Part shown: positions 49,414 to 64,000 of the stretch, one piece after another | Numbering within the stretch: position 1 is the stretch's first letter | Layout of the letters: every line of letters begins with the position of its first letter | Source: Tubiluchus corallicola | Taxonomy: Eukaryota; Animalia; Priapulida | Assembly: GCA_030141605.1 (NCBI GenBank) | Contig: JAQGDQ010000517.1 | Coordinates: 1 to 64,000 of the forward strand | Reading direction: 5' to 3' | DNA length: 64,000 bases | Made by a program: the position numbers and the translations under genes | Notes under the pieces: generated by a model | What the model was told of the DNA's origin: nothing | Databases searched by the model: none | The model's input: only the letters and a program-made list of their open reading frames with translations

Positions 49414-52400
49414 GTAAGTTTTTATTCTTCGTAGAACCCGTACATTTATACAAGTGCACCGGGTCGCTTGATAAGCTTTTTTAGCAGTTGTGAATAGATA
49501 ATTTTATTGAGCAACGTTGCAACAATTAATAAAATTACTGCATTAGTAGCATTGATTCAGTGCGACTTAAATAGATCAGCGAAATCTAACTTCAGTTTTT
49601 TGTTATTTTTGATTCATCGTGTATGAGCCATGCAGGGCTGAGCATGACTAATTAAAGCACACCCTGCCATCCTTTTCGTGAGAGTGTAAATAGAAACCGC
49701 TCTGATTCATAAATGACTACTGTTTCCGTCTGTTTGATAGTGCAAAATTCGTGATCCGACACGTGACAGGTGATGATTGGACAAACAGCTCTATGTTAGA
49801 TAATGACTGGACATACTGACACGTGGCAAATTCGATACCGAGTTTTAATCATAAATACCTGAGAAAATTTTTGCGCAAGTCTGAAAAAAAATAATACGAG
49901 GACTAAGAAAAAACTGATATAATATTTAACGTAGAAATACACCTAAATCTTTGAAAAATTATTTATGTGTAATAAACTATTTTCCATTTCTTGATCAAAT
50001 TTATGTAGATACGCTAACTAAATCATTAAAAAATTGTTCTCTACATCTATTGCATTTCTTATTTAGGCCTATAAGTAAATAGAGTTTAAGTATAAAACCA
50101 TCTTTAATGTGTTATTCTTTATTTGTTTATTTGTTCGTTTGTATGTTTATATGTTTATTTGTTTGTTTGTTTGCTTGCTTGCCTGTCTATTTGACTGTCC
50201 GTCGTGCGTTCATTTATTTTTATGGATAACAACTGTGCAATTCGCTGGTACGTCTGATCTCTGAATATGCCTCTATTATTAGCCTGCATAGCAAAGTTTT
50301 TGCCTTACTACGCTTTTTATTTCGTAAAAGTGTCCGCGCTATCAGTCTAACATCGTCTTTCTTTTTTTCTTTTTTCCCTGTAAGATGGATTGTCGCTACT
50401 TCAGACTCTACATGAGTCAGGGTTGTTCACACGGATTCTGTCAGTTTGTGTCGTGTATGAGACATTGTGTAATCAAACAGCCTGCATTTAGTTTACAAGC
50501 TTTGAAAGAAAAAGGCTTCAATTGGAGCACATGACAACGACGTATCACTTGCGGTCATTTTATTGGCATCACCAGCCGAAATGACCATATTGAACTATGT
50601 CGTCTTTCGCAATTAGGGCGTTAATAAATTGGATCATCTATAATAGTGGTCCCAGAATGGACCTTTGCATAACTCCAGCTACAACTGACCAAGCAGTTAC
50701 TTTTTAGAGTTATTTTATTACTGTTGCTCTTAGTGCAAATAACATACATGTATTTACAGTCAGAAGTTATCAGTTTCGAGTAATTTACTGAATTTAATTA
50801 GTACGGTGACTCATTTACGACACCTCTGCTGGCCCGCATGCGGTATGCAATTATATATTTGATGAACACGTTACTTAAATATGTCGGTTCAGGATATAAC
50901 TGCCACAAAGGAACTATGCTTTGTTTGCATTATTCGTGATTCATAGCTAGTGGTTTATTGTTTTTTTACGAACTAATTAATTAACACGAGTTTGTAATTA
51001 TAATGGATTAATGGATTATAGGTTTAATAGGAGATTCTAAAATTTTGCAGAGTTTTTGGCACTGCAGCGGCTATTGCAACTCGCAAACAGTCCTGTAAGA
51101 ATCAAAAAAGTTATGCGCTGAATTCTTTACGAACTTCATTATTTTACTATTACCAATTTACTATCGTTTGTCATCATCATTATCATCATCATTCATCATC
51201 ATCGTCGTCATCGTCTTCACCGTCATCATCATTTTTATTAAAAAGAGATCAGTTTAACCTAACTTTTAAAATCGTTTATAGGTATAAACGCTTCTAAAGT
51301 TCCACAAGCTTCTGAACACGCAAATGGCTTCGCTGTGAGGCCAAATATATGCAAACGACCACAAAGCTTGCGAGATTTTATATACTCGTCCGAAATTGCC
51401 GCACACGAAACTCTGATTGACGCACGTTAATGGGCGAGTGAGTCGGGCTGCCAAAGCCAGGAGGCTTTTCCTCACAATGTAGAAAATAATTAAGCAGCTG
51501 AAGCGAATTGATGTGCATTAAACTACCGTGTGACATCACCATCGTAAAGATTATCTACTATCGCAACTACAAAGCACCTTAATTAAGTGAATAATGAGAC
51601 TATAGGGCCCGCAGTCAATCTGTTAGCTTTTCTAATGAACGAAAGTTGTAGCCCACGATCATGAATCATAACCGTGATTATTAATATAAGCGGTAGCACC
51701 GCGAGTGTAATTGCTTCTCTTTGTACCAAAAATTGATTAGCGGCATAATCTCACTGTTTCCCCTCTCCCTCTTTCTCTCCCCCTCTCTCGCGCTCTCTAT
51801 CTGTCAACTTCTCACTCTATCCCTCTTTCTCACCTCATTTCTTTTTCTCATCTATCCCTTGTTCCTGTTCGCTTTGTAATTTTGTAGATTACATCATACC
51901 TTTTACGGCTAATCCCTAGAGAAACATTACCAAGCGAATTAATTGATTGCACCAATATTAGTTCGCTGATTAGTTTTGCCCTTTCATGGCCCTTTTTTTG
52001 ACTAATTCTCCAATGACCGCGAATCGAAAATCAGTCTTTTCTTTTCACAGTTTTGCTGGATTGTAACACTTCCACCACTTCTAAAGGAAGAACCTTCCAT
52101 CTTCTACTAGTACATCTCGTGGCGTATTTTGGATCAGCCGTGAGCAAACACTGTTAAATATCGCCAGACGTCGCCAAATTGCTTTTTAAATGAAAGGATA
52201 ATATTGGACTTATGGAACAAAGTCCGTGTACCTATTATGCTTTATTCATTAGCTTGTAGAGCGAGGTTGCCATAAAAAGTGGGCTGGGGAACTTGGAACA
52301 GCATGAAAAACGGACTCAAAAAGGAACTATAAATCGTTTCGTGTAAGCTACTATGTTTATATTCAGCGAAATATCGTAATCATTAGACATGATAAAGTCA

Positions 52401-55400
52401 TTCAACAATCCAAAAAATTACAAACTCGGCGTTTTTGCGTATGTGGTATAGTAACGTTTCCGATTTCATAAGTTTTACTTCTTTATAGTATTGCAGTTTA
52501 CGTATACTGTTGCCTAAAATTCTTGTGATAAGTTTCAAAAATTTTTCTCTTTTAATTCTTAAATTAATTTTTAAATTTTTTACTGTGTACTTTATAACTA
52601 AATAGTCACAATTAATTAAATAATTTTAGAAAAAGATATTATGCAGCTCTTGATTCTCGAAACAATATCCAACAAACAGAAATGAATTTGAATGCATCTA
52701 CAGAACATGCACAATTTTTTTGCCTATTTTGCAACGATCCAATTCTTTAATGTAGTTTGCGTGCTAAGCCTCTTCTATAAAGCATTCAGAAAAGTGGTCT
52801 GGGACTTTTCAGTCAAGTGTACACTCCTTTTTATCCTCCAGGCCTTTGCTACTGGCTAATTATGTACTGGAATTTGCGTGTTACATCTTAATCTGCATTA
52901 GTTTCATGGGCTTTAGCTGATTCTGACAGCAAAATCTCATATAGTGCTTGCCTTTCCACAGTCTCCTGTCAATCAAAAATTCTAATCTGCTATCCAAAAT
53001 TTGTGACAATGACCAAACACCCAGTCTTATCATTTCACGCTGTGCAACGGCATATTATTAATTTGCACCAAACTCTATTAGGCTCATTAAAATTTAATTA
53101 AGTTTGATATAAGTAATCGTAACACGTGCATAACGATGACTCACAAATGCGCCATGTTAATCAGTTGGTAAGTTCATTTGTAAGCGACACGTACTCAGTG
53201 AATATTTTAATGCGAGCCTGTAGGAAAGACTTTAGTCTATATTCCTACAGCAGAAAAATTATTAAAAAATTGAAAAAAGCTTTTTTGCATTCTTTATAAT
53301 CACGTCGTCGATTTGTACATAAAATTACAGAACTATAAATGTTTCGCTAATATATTTGTCATGTAATATATGACCATTCACTAATATTTAGTGAATATTT
53401 CGATATCCAGAAAATTACTTACATGTATTATGTTTCATCAACAAGTTTTATTTTGAGCTTTTCCACATTGTAATTTTTATTTACAGTTGCTGGTGCCAAG
53501 TGACATTACTAAGTATATAAAACTTTCAGTAATGCGGCATTTATTAAAACATTTTCAATCAAATTCTTTCCGTTAGATAATGCTTTGAAGTAGTCATTTA
53601 ATTTACTTTAATTTAACTTAGCTTGTTATAAAAGAAAATACAAATAAATATAAACTTCGTTAAGAATGAAATTTTCTTTGACATCGTTAACTTGTAAATT
53701 CTCAACTACTTTCACTATTTTCAACAAAGCGCTATTAGTTTATTTTGTGCTTACTTAATATTTTTTAAGAACGTTAATCGATTTTTAAAAAGCTAATAAA
53801 GAGCCATTCGCGTAAAGTGCCTAAAATGTACCCACGTAAGTACATTAAGAAAATTATTTAATCTTGAATATGGTAAAACCTATTACTGAAAATGAACTTC
53901 GTCTTCATAAGTTATAAAATCTACGGTTAATCTATCATTTCCAAAACCATCAGTTCACCAAACTTCGAAAAATTCGCGAAACCGTTGCGAACGTGTTGCG
54001 ATCGTCTGACACACCTTAGCCGACATAACGAGTACAATAACCACGCCTCTTACGTGGGATTGGTTAACGTTTAGGATTGCTTCTGTCACCATAAAAGCGA
54101 AAAATGACAGTTCTTCCATTAAATACCGAACGAATGGTGGTTCTTTTGGGGAACTTACGGATCGTTAAATTTTCTTTTTAATTGTGCTCAGACTTAACTT
54201 TTTAGTTAACTTTTAGCTTGCAAGAAAATTTCAATGTCGGTATTATGATTCTCATTGTTCACTGCTCTAATAGGTGCAAGACAAAGAAGCTTAGCAAGTC
54301 TGCACTTTTTTTCTTCTGCTCCCCGCTGAGACTGATTATACAACACGTGTCGAAGCCTAGTATAAGTGATTGTAAGCACACGCCTTAATAAACATGCCCC
54401 ACCACTTGATGACGCATACTCCTTATTGAAAGCCTTGCAGGAGAAATAGCTAATGCATTATATGAGAAATCTCTACCTGATGTGTCATCTTAAGTGCAGT
54501 ATTACTTCATCAACAGCTAGTAGGCACGTGCACCGATAAAAAACCATTGTCTAATGTACTGACCACTAGGAAGAGGAGCCCAGAGAAAAATTTAGAGAAG
54601 CTTGCAGATCGTCACCATGATATTTGCTAACGAAATTGTGGGGCTTATTTTAATAAAATGATAGAAAGATATAGTTCTCATGAGATACAGTCCTCATTAG
54701 TATTCAGAAATTTTTGAACAATTACACACAGTGGAGATTCTAGTCACGCTTGTCAAGAAGATTTTTAGTGGCTACGATAAAAGTTTCTGTTCCTTTTGTC
54801 GTGTAAATGGTACTTTACGCTCAACACTTGTAAGTTTGCTTTTAACGATACTTATAGAAAAACTCATAACAATTCCGTTTTTTAAGAAACAGTACTGTTT
54901 TTTAATGTGTTATAACAAAGGAGTTGATCTTACATTCTATTAATCTGCATTTGCTTAACTTCCTTCAGAGAGGATTTTACTCGTTTCCCTATGTGATGAT
55001 CAAATCATGTTTTATTTTATATTAATGAGAGAGAGCGCGAGGCTTATGTTTGCTGATAACAGACGCAGCCTGGTGATTCTCGAAAATACGTCTAACATTT
55101 AATGGCTGTCTTGATAGTCATAAACTCTTTCATTATGCCGAAAGTTGACGAAAATTTTGCTAGACGGTTAAATGAATTTCAGGACACATCGTTCAAATCT
55201 CCTTTAAACACCCAATTTATCAAAGTTTTCTGACCCGCTGATTTTCGATATATGTATTCGACTGTACGTCTGCACATCCTCGCGAAAACTATAAGGACTG
55301 TAACTATAAAACACAGTTTCTCAGCAATTTAAATCCGGCCCCTCGTTACAATTACAAGTATAAATCTCTACGCCGGACATTTCCTTTTCGTTTCATATCT

Positions 55401-58400
55401 GCGAAATTCTCTGCAACGAACCAGTTTCTCTGAAAATTTCAATCTTATTCAATTCATTACCTTCTGTCGCAAGGAAGTTAGATATACGAAGCTCCGTTTC
55501 ACTGGGCATGTATTTATTATTCATCTTTTCACTACAGCCCTTTATCTCAATTGCCAAAAGCCTTGTTTGGGGTGATTTGTATTTAAAAACCGTTTTAAGA
55601 ATGACAGTAGCCAGAATCGAAACAATAACCCTCTATATAATAGTATTAGTAACGTTTGCCTGAAAAACGAAAACACTAAAGAGCTCTTTGACCGACATAA
55701 AATTTAGCCAAGCGACTCATGAGTCACAAAAATCAATAAAGTAGTAGAATATCAGTATTGCTGAATACCAATTACACTTTGGGCCAAACTTTATGCCAAA
55801 AAGTGAGACTTGAATAATTAAACTTACGTCCTCAGTCTCTCGTGTCACATCTTAGTTCATACCTATATAATTTCTCTTTATAATTAGTGTGATTATCATG
55901 ACGAAATAAATTAACTATTTTACAAGGGAAACCCTACCAGCTGGCGTGTCTTAGCTAATCCATCATGACTCACAGGGTACTATTAACAATAGCACGAGTA
56001 TCAATCTCACTCCGCCAATTTTCCATAAAGGTGGAAATATCTTTGTTCCCATGCATCCTATTATTATTATCCACAGTTCCCAACATGTGTTGCGCCTTAA
56101 GCAAGTCACCTCAGTGAGTCAGCACTCCCACTGACTCACCGCTTCTTTCTTTTCTCCCCTCCCTCTATAACAAAAGTGGTCAGCCTTTGTTTGACACCTA
56201 AATGAAATGTTTGCTAAAAAGTTAAGTATTCATGGGGCCATTTTGTTCCATTATTTCCCGGCAACAATGCGCACCATCTGTCGGTTATTGGCAGAGTTTT
56301 TTCGTTAAGCCAATCAACTTGCCTCTATGGTGCTTATCGTGTTCTTTTAATAAAAGCTGAGCAAATTGGAGTAAATTGAATGAGAGGGACAGTGATTGTG
56401 GGATCGCGACACTGCTGAGAAGGAAATTTTGCGAGTAATGTCATCAAATTAAGGGGAAAAAGCGGTGTCCATGAAAAGGAAGCGACTGTAATTTTTGGTT
56501 ATTAAATACGCCCGGAGGGGGCACTTACTGATGTCATAAATGCCATAAGAAAAAGTTGCCTTTAGCCGTTTATTATTCTGAATAATAATTATTCTGAAAG
56601 TGCGGTCAACGTAGTTTCATGCGTCAGAATAATTTTTTTTACTAAATCACTAACTGGGTAGTTTCAATAGCTGTTTGAGGACATTATTTGGTTTCATTTT
56701 CACGGTGTTACTTATTTTCAGGTCACTTTAACAGATACTATTTTGTTACTTCGTAAAAAACAGAACTTCTAACGATCAAAATCGTTGACCTTGTCGTGCT
56801 GTGTTTTTATGACAGTAAACTAATAGTCGTTTCGATTTATATATGTAATCAGTCTCTGATTTAACAGATAATTAACTGAAAGAACCGTAGTACTGAAAAA
56901 TTGTAGACCTGCCAGGATTCGAACCAAGAATTCTCTAATGATTTCAGCGATATAACATTTTTATGCTACAGAATCTTGAGCAGAATGACTGAAAGAGAAA
57001 TATTGTACAACAAATGACAAATTCTTTTTTTAAATTACAAACTAATATATGGTTAGTGTTTACCCACTGCTATACGGAAGGGGTTTTCCCTCATCACTGC
57101 GGTTTCTGAAGGCGTGTGGGAAGTATAATAAAATTGCTCTTTAATAATTTTATTAATAACGGCAATTTAGAGGAACGTTAGCCAAGTGACAGCACAAAGA
57201 AAAACTCCAAAAATAATTATTTTATAAGTCTCAAACTCTATAGTTTCTAAAACTAATAACCAATGAATTTTTCTGCGTGTATACAGTTTTTAATCTAGAT
57301 AGGATTTACAGAACCAATAACAGTCTCTTTGTACCAGTTTATGAATCTATAGGGTTAAATTGCCGTTTCCGCTTAGTAAATTATCACAGAGGTAGTCTCG
57401 GTAAGCGACTTCCCACCTTTTGCATTGAGATTAGTAGAAATCCATACTTGCTTCACTTCCTAGCAGCAGCCGCAGCAGCACGCAGCTTCTCCGATGATGA
57501 CTCATCGCTCCGCTAACAAGCATCACAATTAAGAGATTTTATAAGCCCGGTCGATGGTTGCGCCAGGCTTGGGTTCACCTGGTCGTGGTGAAGGATCGAT
57601 TCTCGGACCGTTGTTGCGGCGAGGCAAGTGCTCAGGCGTGTGATGGAATGTGCCTAGCACGTGCTGAAGCAGCGAATAACTACTAGTAAAATGGACGCTA
57701 GCATGCAAATCAGAGGCGAAAATAATCAACGCGGATAATCAATAATGGCTTCTTGTACAGAGGCTTTTTTCTATCTTGTTTTAGCAAGTTCATTATTAAA
57801 GTTCGATTAAAAAGAAAAACAATACGTAGTTATATTAGATGCGAAACAATAAGAGCAAGCTAATGCCGTACTAATGCGTTTAATTGGCTTAAAAAACAAA
57901 TTTAATATCATGAACTTTGTTTAATTTCATGAACTTTTTTGAACAAATTACTTCCATGAAAACTAAAATTTTATTTCCACTTTATAGAATTTAGGTGCTT
58001 AGCAAATAATCAATCCTGATATTAGTAAGCCTAACAAACGGTCGCCTCTCAGTTTATGGTTAAAAGTATGATTAAAAGAGAAATATACTTACTGTTACCA
58101 ACAACACTAAAAACCAAAAAAACAGTTTACCACACTGTCTTAACAAAACAAATAGCTTCTAAAGAAAACGCCATGTATTCTCTGTAGCTATGGTGACGAA
58201 GAATTGTAGGTCTTCTTTCCCTTGAAGGAAGTAGTACAACAACAGATAAAGTGGTTTACTGTAAAGTTCAAGAAGAAGAGACGGTCTATTCTAATACGCT
58301 GTGGCTTAGATCTACGCTAGATTAAATCTATAGTGAAAAAGCTTTCATATAACAACATTATATCTAGGCATATGGTTTTTACATTTTTACCAAACCGTGT

Positions 58401-59607
58401 TTTACATGGGTTTTATTCAAATAAAAAAACTGAAGTTTTCAAATTGAGCAAAAATTTTTAAGTTGTCTGTTGATATGAGCATCTGGCTTCAAATAAACTT
58501 TTACTTACTTCACTTACTGTCGAAAAACACATTGTTTACAATAAGATCTGCAAACGTGTAACAATTGTTGCTGTTTTTCTGTTGTCTTTCAACAGGCTAC
58601 AAGCGTGGGTAAGTAACAAGGTTACACCGGGTCTTTCAATTTAATAAGTAACTGAAGACTTTTTCGTGGAGGCTTAAGAGCTTGATCAGATTTCCAACTA
58701 ACTGTTTTTATATAATTTATGCCGTGCATGCTCGTATGTTTAAGGTGATTAACTGATTAATTTTAACTGTTATCATGCCTTAAATCGTAATATTAATGCC
58801 ATTGCTAACATTTTGCCAAATGTAAAATTTAATTGATTCTTTCTCCTCTATGAGCAGCACACAATGAGTTATTCGAAACCAGGCATTAAACAAACCATTG
58901 CGCAACGCAAATTTTAAAATATAAGCGAGCTAACTCAGTTTAATATAGCCTGCTATTAAAACACCAGCTTGTCAGAAACAATGGCGCTGACTTGATATAA
59001 ATACTTAATTGCAGCCGAGTTAGGTCATGACTAAGCTCTAGTGTTTGCATAACAATGTTTATTAACAATCTAACGCTTGTTTAATTTCCTTCTCCTAAAC
59101 GCAGTCGCTTATTTGAAGTTGCTCTCTCCTCGCCATTATGTGTGTATTCTGTGTATTGCTGTTGGAGAGCTCACTCGGAGTGATTGTTGAGTCATTTCCT
59201 CCACAATTAATCACTCATCGTGTGAATTTATATCGTAATTATAATAATAGTGGTGGTGATGATCTAATGATTGCTTCTCACCATTGAGCATTCATATTTC
59301 CCGAGTAATTTTTTCCTAAAACGTAGTGTAGACTCAATCTTTTATAAAGCTTAATAAGGAAATGCTGTGTTCGTGCCTGGATTGCTACTGGTGGTAATTA
59401 CGGAAATTATGGTTCGTTTAGAGCTGTGGGGTTAGCATTTTTATTTTAGTTTGAGGGAAAGACAGGAAAGAAACTTTGGGAACAAACAAAACGTAGGAGC
59501 CTTTGAGGACGTAAAACAAGGAACAGGGAAGGAAAACAAATGGAGACAGAGAGGAAGAAGTTGGTAGGAGAAAGAAAGAGGGTAGGCGGAGCCAGAAAGA
59601 GGTAAAA

Positions 59608-59610
<3 letters not shown>

Positions 59611-59651
<41 letters not shown>
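59611..59651. repeat. (GA)n microsatellite at the end of a purine-rich tract
   Basis: Seen directly. Confidence 0.95.
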
Positions 59652-59654
<3 letters not shown>

Positions 59655-62600
59655 AAACTTTTTTCTGTTTTCCAGCAGGTTTCAGTGAAATGAGTAAGTT
59701 TTAGTGACTCTATATTTATTTAGATAATTATGATATCGCAGTCCTAAATTATCTGCGGTTTGTTTGAATAATGTTCAGGCGGCAAGCTTGTCTAAACTTA
59801 CCACCGAAGAAACTAGAGCTGACATAAGGCATATGCCTTCTCTGCAGTTCACCTCGTAAGTATATTTTGCTAATTTCAAGGGGCGCAAACTTCCTCTATG
59901 AATCACTGTTTACATTACGTTTGGTGCTTGCATCTGTCGTCTGACCACATTCTTTTTCACTTTGTCATCCCAGTGCCGTGGAGAAAGGGGTAACAGCTGC
60001 TGGAAGCTACCTCACATGATCGCTGTCTAATGCAAGTTGGACGTATTACATTATTCTGTACGGCGTACGCTTTGTGTGCCTCTGGTCACGTGCTACCGCT
60101 ATCACTTTCAGCAGTTCCATCTGGCTTCATTCCACACGTAGTTTTACACAGACCAAGGTTAAAGGGCGAGCTATGACTCACTCGTCATCTTCTGCAGTTT
60201 CCGTTTCTATGACGACGACTTGGATGCTTTTCTATTATGTACACTTTATCGCGCATAAAAACCTGTCGGCATATTGATGTAAATTATGGCGTTATCCAAG
60301 AGGATACTGGTACGATACCTACTGCAATAAAACTGCCGCAATTCATTTGTGTTGGAGAACATTATGGGGAGAATCCATAATATGGTTTCCTTAAAGTGCA
60401 CCTGTCCCATAGATTTAGAGCTCAGTTAATAAATGCCAATAAAACCTCATCCTTAAAAATTACCAGACTGCATCGACATTAAGGTACTGTTTCTACCTGC
60501 TCTGCTTTTATCATTTATCATTTCTCATTTTATCAACTATTTACGCCGTAAATACACTAATGTATACAATATAAAAGAAAAAGAATGATTGTTCTTATTT
60601 TTATTATCTGACGTATCCACATTTATTCAAAGCTTACAGTTGATTTCTTCTGTCACGCAATAAATTCGACAAATTATGTTACACACAATACACATAAACG
60701 TGATTTACTTTCATCTATAAACGCATCGACGGGGCTCTACTAGTTTGCTGTGTACCACAGGCTCAAGGTTCATTTTTAATTCAGACTTCCTTCTGTAATT
60801 ATTTTTCATCAATTCATCTTTTAGTGCTGAGGCAGAGTGTGGCTCCAAAGATGTTGGAGCCAGTTTATTTTATTACAAAACATGTTTATCTCGTGTAGCA
60901 TTTATACAAAAATTCACAAAAATTCGCTCTAATTTATGACTTAATAACTACATAGGGTTAAGTTGTAATAATTTCTACAATCGCTGAAAGATTTCTGTGA
61001 ATAGCAAGAACAACAATAATTGAGATTACTATAAATTTACTAAACTTAATTGTTATAGAAAAAATACTGTACAAAACTATACAAAATAAAATTAAACGAA
61101 ATTAGACATTTGATAATTTAATCATTATAATGGAGCCAGACTTACGGTAGACTTACATGTCGAATAAAGGCACTGTTTCAAATTTATTAAAATATGCACC
61201 TTCAATTGCAAGAAAAGAGCGTTTTCATTTAAAGTATTTAGTGGTAAATATCTTTCCACGACCTTTAAACTAAAATGACTACTGAATGCTTCCACTTGGA
61301 TGATAATAATTATGGTCTTTGCGATGGCAGAAGAAAGTTCCTCAAATTTCTAGAAACCCAAAGTTTAGAACCTATTTAGTCTAGATAAATGCATGCATTT
61401 TTTGCAAAACAGTATTGTACCACGAACTGTGTAATCAATAACTAAGTAAACAATCCCAAATGTTGAGTAACATGAAATCTTAACGAATCTTAACCAGTTA
61501 ATCAATACAACAAGTAAATTATTATAGCCTATTCAGGAATTGGTAAGAATTCAACTTTACTATTCTTGATACATTTTGCTAGGTGTTTTTACATGATTTG
61601 AAAGGGTAGCGTACATTAACAACAAAAGCGTGCAGTCCGGGCTAACAGCATGGGCTAATAATGACTTCTCTTTCTTCCCTTTCTTATTATTGTTAAACGG
61701 CTTCATTACGATTATGAGTCATACTCGTAGGTTATACTGGCGCACCTGGTCAGGTATTACCATCTCCTGCGTCCGCCTAATGTACTCAATGGCAGCAATT
61801 TCAGGGCTTGTGTATATCAAAATGCAATGTAAATATTTAGTTTCATATGCAGATCTGAGTCTTTTTCTGAGTCTACTGTTATTACTTTTGTTCATGTTTA
61901 AGTGGTAGAAAAATCATACGAAATTTTATAAAATTTATCGGGATTTAGATACAATCGAACACATGTATAAGTATATTCAAATTTGCACGACTTTCTTTAG
62001 AGCACGCAGTCAGTTGTGTATTTTGTGTGATAGAAAAAATATTTTAAACACATGATATTGCTAATAAGCGTCATTTCGGGGGTAAACGAATGCAATAAGA
62101 TCCAGTTTTTGAGTTTTAATTTTCAGTAAAATGTTTTATCAGCAAATGTGGTGGAATTCTAAGACTTATTTCTGGGCAATAGAAGATTGATCTAATCACC
62201 AACAAAAAGCATGTAACATCTTGCTCTTCTGCTACGCTTTTATCAGTTCTTTTGTGTCTTCAGACGAGATCAGCTTGCATTGGATTTCTTTTTCCACATC
62301 CTCCTTATTTGTCTTGTTTAATGTAAACACGGAATTCCTTGTGAATCCGGATTTGTCGGCTATCCCGACAACTCACTCGGGTTTCCGCTTCACCCCCCAC
62401 ACGCCACGCTTAATCTTAAAAAAGAAACTAACCAAAAATTCCCACCAGGGAAGTCTGGTCGTATAATTTAGTCAGAGATTTTCCCGTTATTGCTCGGGAG
62501 ATATGAAGCCATGTTTTCGTGTAAATGTCTGTCATGGCATGCTTTTGCGGTCTTTGCAGCTGCGCTAGTAACTTTTAACTTGTCTTTCTTCGCATGGTTT

Positions 62601-64000
62601 GCTTTTAGTACGTAATCGCACTTTGGTGAACTTTGGTGTTCTTTGTTATAGGAAAAGTTAGAGTGATAAGTCACAAGGCCCAGAAAACTACACAGAAACA
62701 TTAGTTTTTCAGACTGCCATAATTGTGTAAAGTTTTTGCAACAAGAAAAACAATTAATAACCATTAACATTGCAGTAAATTCTTTCGTATTTTGAATACA
62801 TTTCCTACTTATTCTATACATCTACAGATATAATCAAATTATAGTGTGTTTCCCTGATGTTGGCATGTGGCTACTTTTTTGTACCATCCATTTATTCGCC
62901 ATTTATATAATTCATGCTTTGGTTCTTCTATTCCATCTGTTGTTTACCACAAAATGCAAGCTTGACTGTGTTAGTTTCTTTCCTCTTCACAACATCCAGG
63001 TTCGCGATTTTACTCAAACGCAGCGCAATCCTGGAACAAGAAAGTTAATCATCATCAGTTGCAGGCGGTTTCATAAAAAAATTAGCAGATAAGAAAAAAA
63101 GCTAAATAACCTTGTGACAAACTAACTAAGTTGTATGCACTTGATGGGCCCATGACTATAACTCATCTTTTATACAACGTAAATTTTTTGACACCTTTGC
63201 TTGCTGATTTCTATGACAAAATCGAAACAAATTAAAATGCTAATTATTGTTAAACTTTAATTCAACTGGAGCAGAGTCGCTGCCTCCCCTGATGACGTCA
63301 ATGGATATAATCATTAAAATACGCCGGGAGTCGTTAAAATGATTTAGCAGCCTCTCACTCGATTAAGGAACTGAGTATATTTAATTACAGGGGCAGGTTT
63401 ATACGCGATAAGCGTAATTAGTTTTAAGAGCGCTCGTCTTAAAATAACAGGAATTAGCGTGTGATTTTTACAGAGAATTTTAACTCATTATTTCACTATA
63501 CTGTATAAAAGATGCCATTTGCAGTGAGTTAAGGCACTATAAATGCAGCACTATAATTGTTTATCTCGGCGAAAAATTGCTTAAACTTAAATAGGCTCTA
63601 AACTTGCAGTTGGCTGTAAAAAAATTTTAGGTGCTGCAAGGCACTACTATTTATTTTATGCATAATAAGTACAGAAAATTTATTAGCAATTTTATCTAAT
63701 GTGACTCATTGTTACGTGTATAATGTCTAATCCAAAATCTTCGACCAGAATTTTATTCTACGTGAAAAGTGTAAACGATTTTCAATTTACATGTTTGTTT
63801 TGGAGCCGCTTGTTCATATTTATAAAACTGCATTGTTTCGTTATTCTTACCTGGTCAGTAATTCAAATAAGCCATGGAGTTTATACTACAAACGCTTATC
63901 ATTCGTCCATCACATTAAGCTTCTCGAGAGTCTGACTTTAACTTAAGCAGCAGCAAAATTGTTACGGCTAGAAGTTTTACAAGTTTTCTGCAGAGTTATC

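Noticed and set aside
54270-54335. Possible DUSP catalytic exon (GARQRSLASLH...)
   Set aside because: No HCxxGxSRS motif follows.
62260-62466. Possible DUSP exon starting DEISLHW
   Set aside because: Acceptor-like site, but no phosphatase motif.

Overview
AT-rich eukaryotic genomic DNA with GT-AG introns, microsatellites and decayed LINE, SINE and DNA-transposon fragments. It is probably from an invertebrate animal (inference). The short ORFs in the track are mostly exon fragments or spurious. Manual splicing gives two things. (1) A cluster of three paralogous secreted-protein genes: A (minus strand, 3517 running off the left edge), B (plus, 5990-14868, 10 coding exons, 466 aa) and C (plus, 19948-29661, 11 coding exons, 466 aa). 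Each has a signal peptide and a WSC carbohydrate-binding domain. B and C then carry a C-terminal domain whose motifs look like an aerolysin/ETX-MTX2-type beta-pore-forming toxin; that part of A lies outside the window. (2) A DUSP10/MKP5-type MAP-kinase phosphatase gene (plus, promoter about 38.2 kb, coding exons 39279-39903 and 49051-49413). Its catalytic exon is not seen in the window, and its long introns are rich in AP-1 sites. The WSC-aerolysin-like cluster is the most interesting system. All domain calls come from motif recognition by eye, not from database searches.
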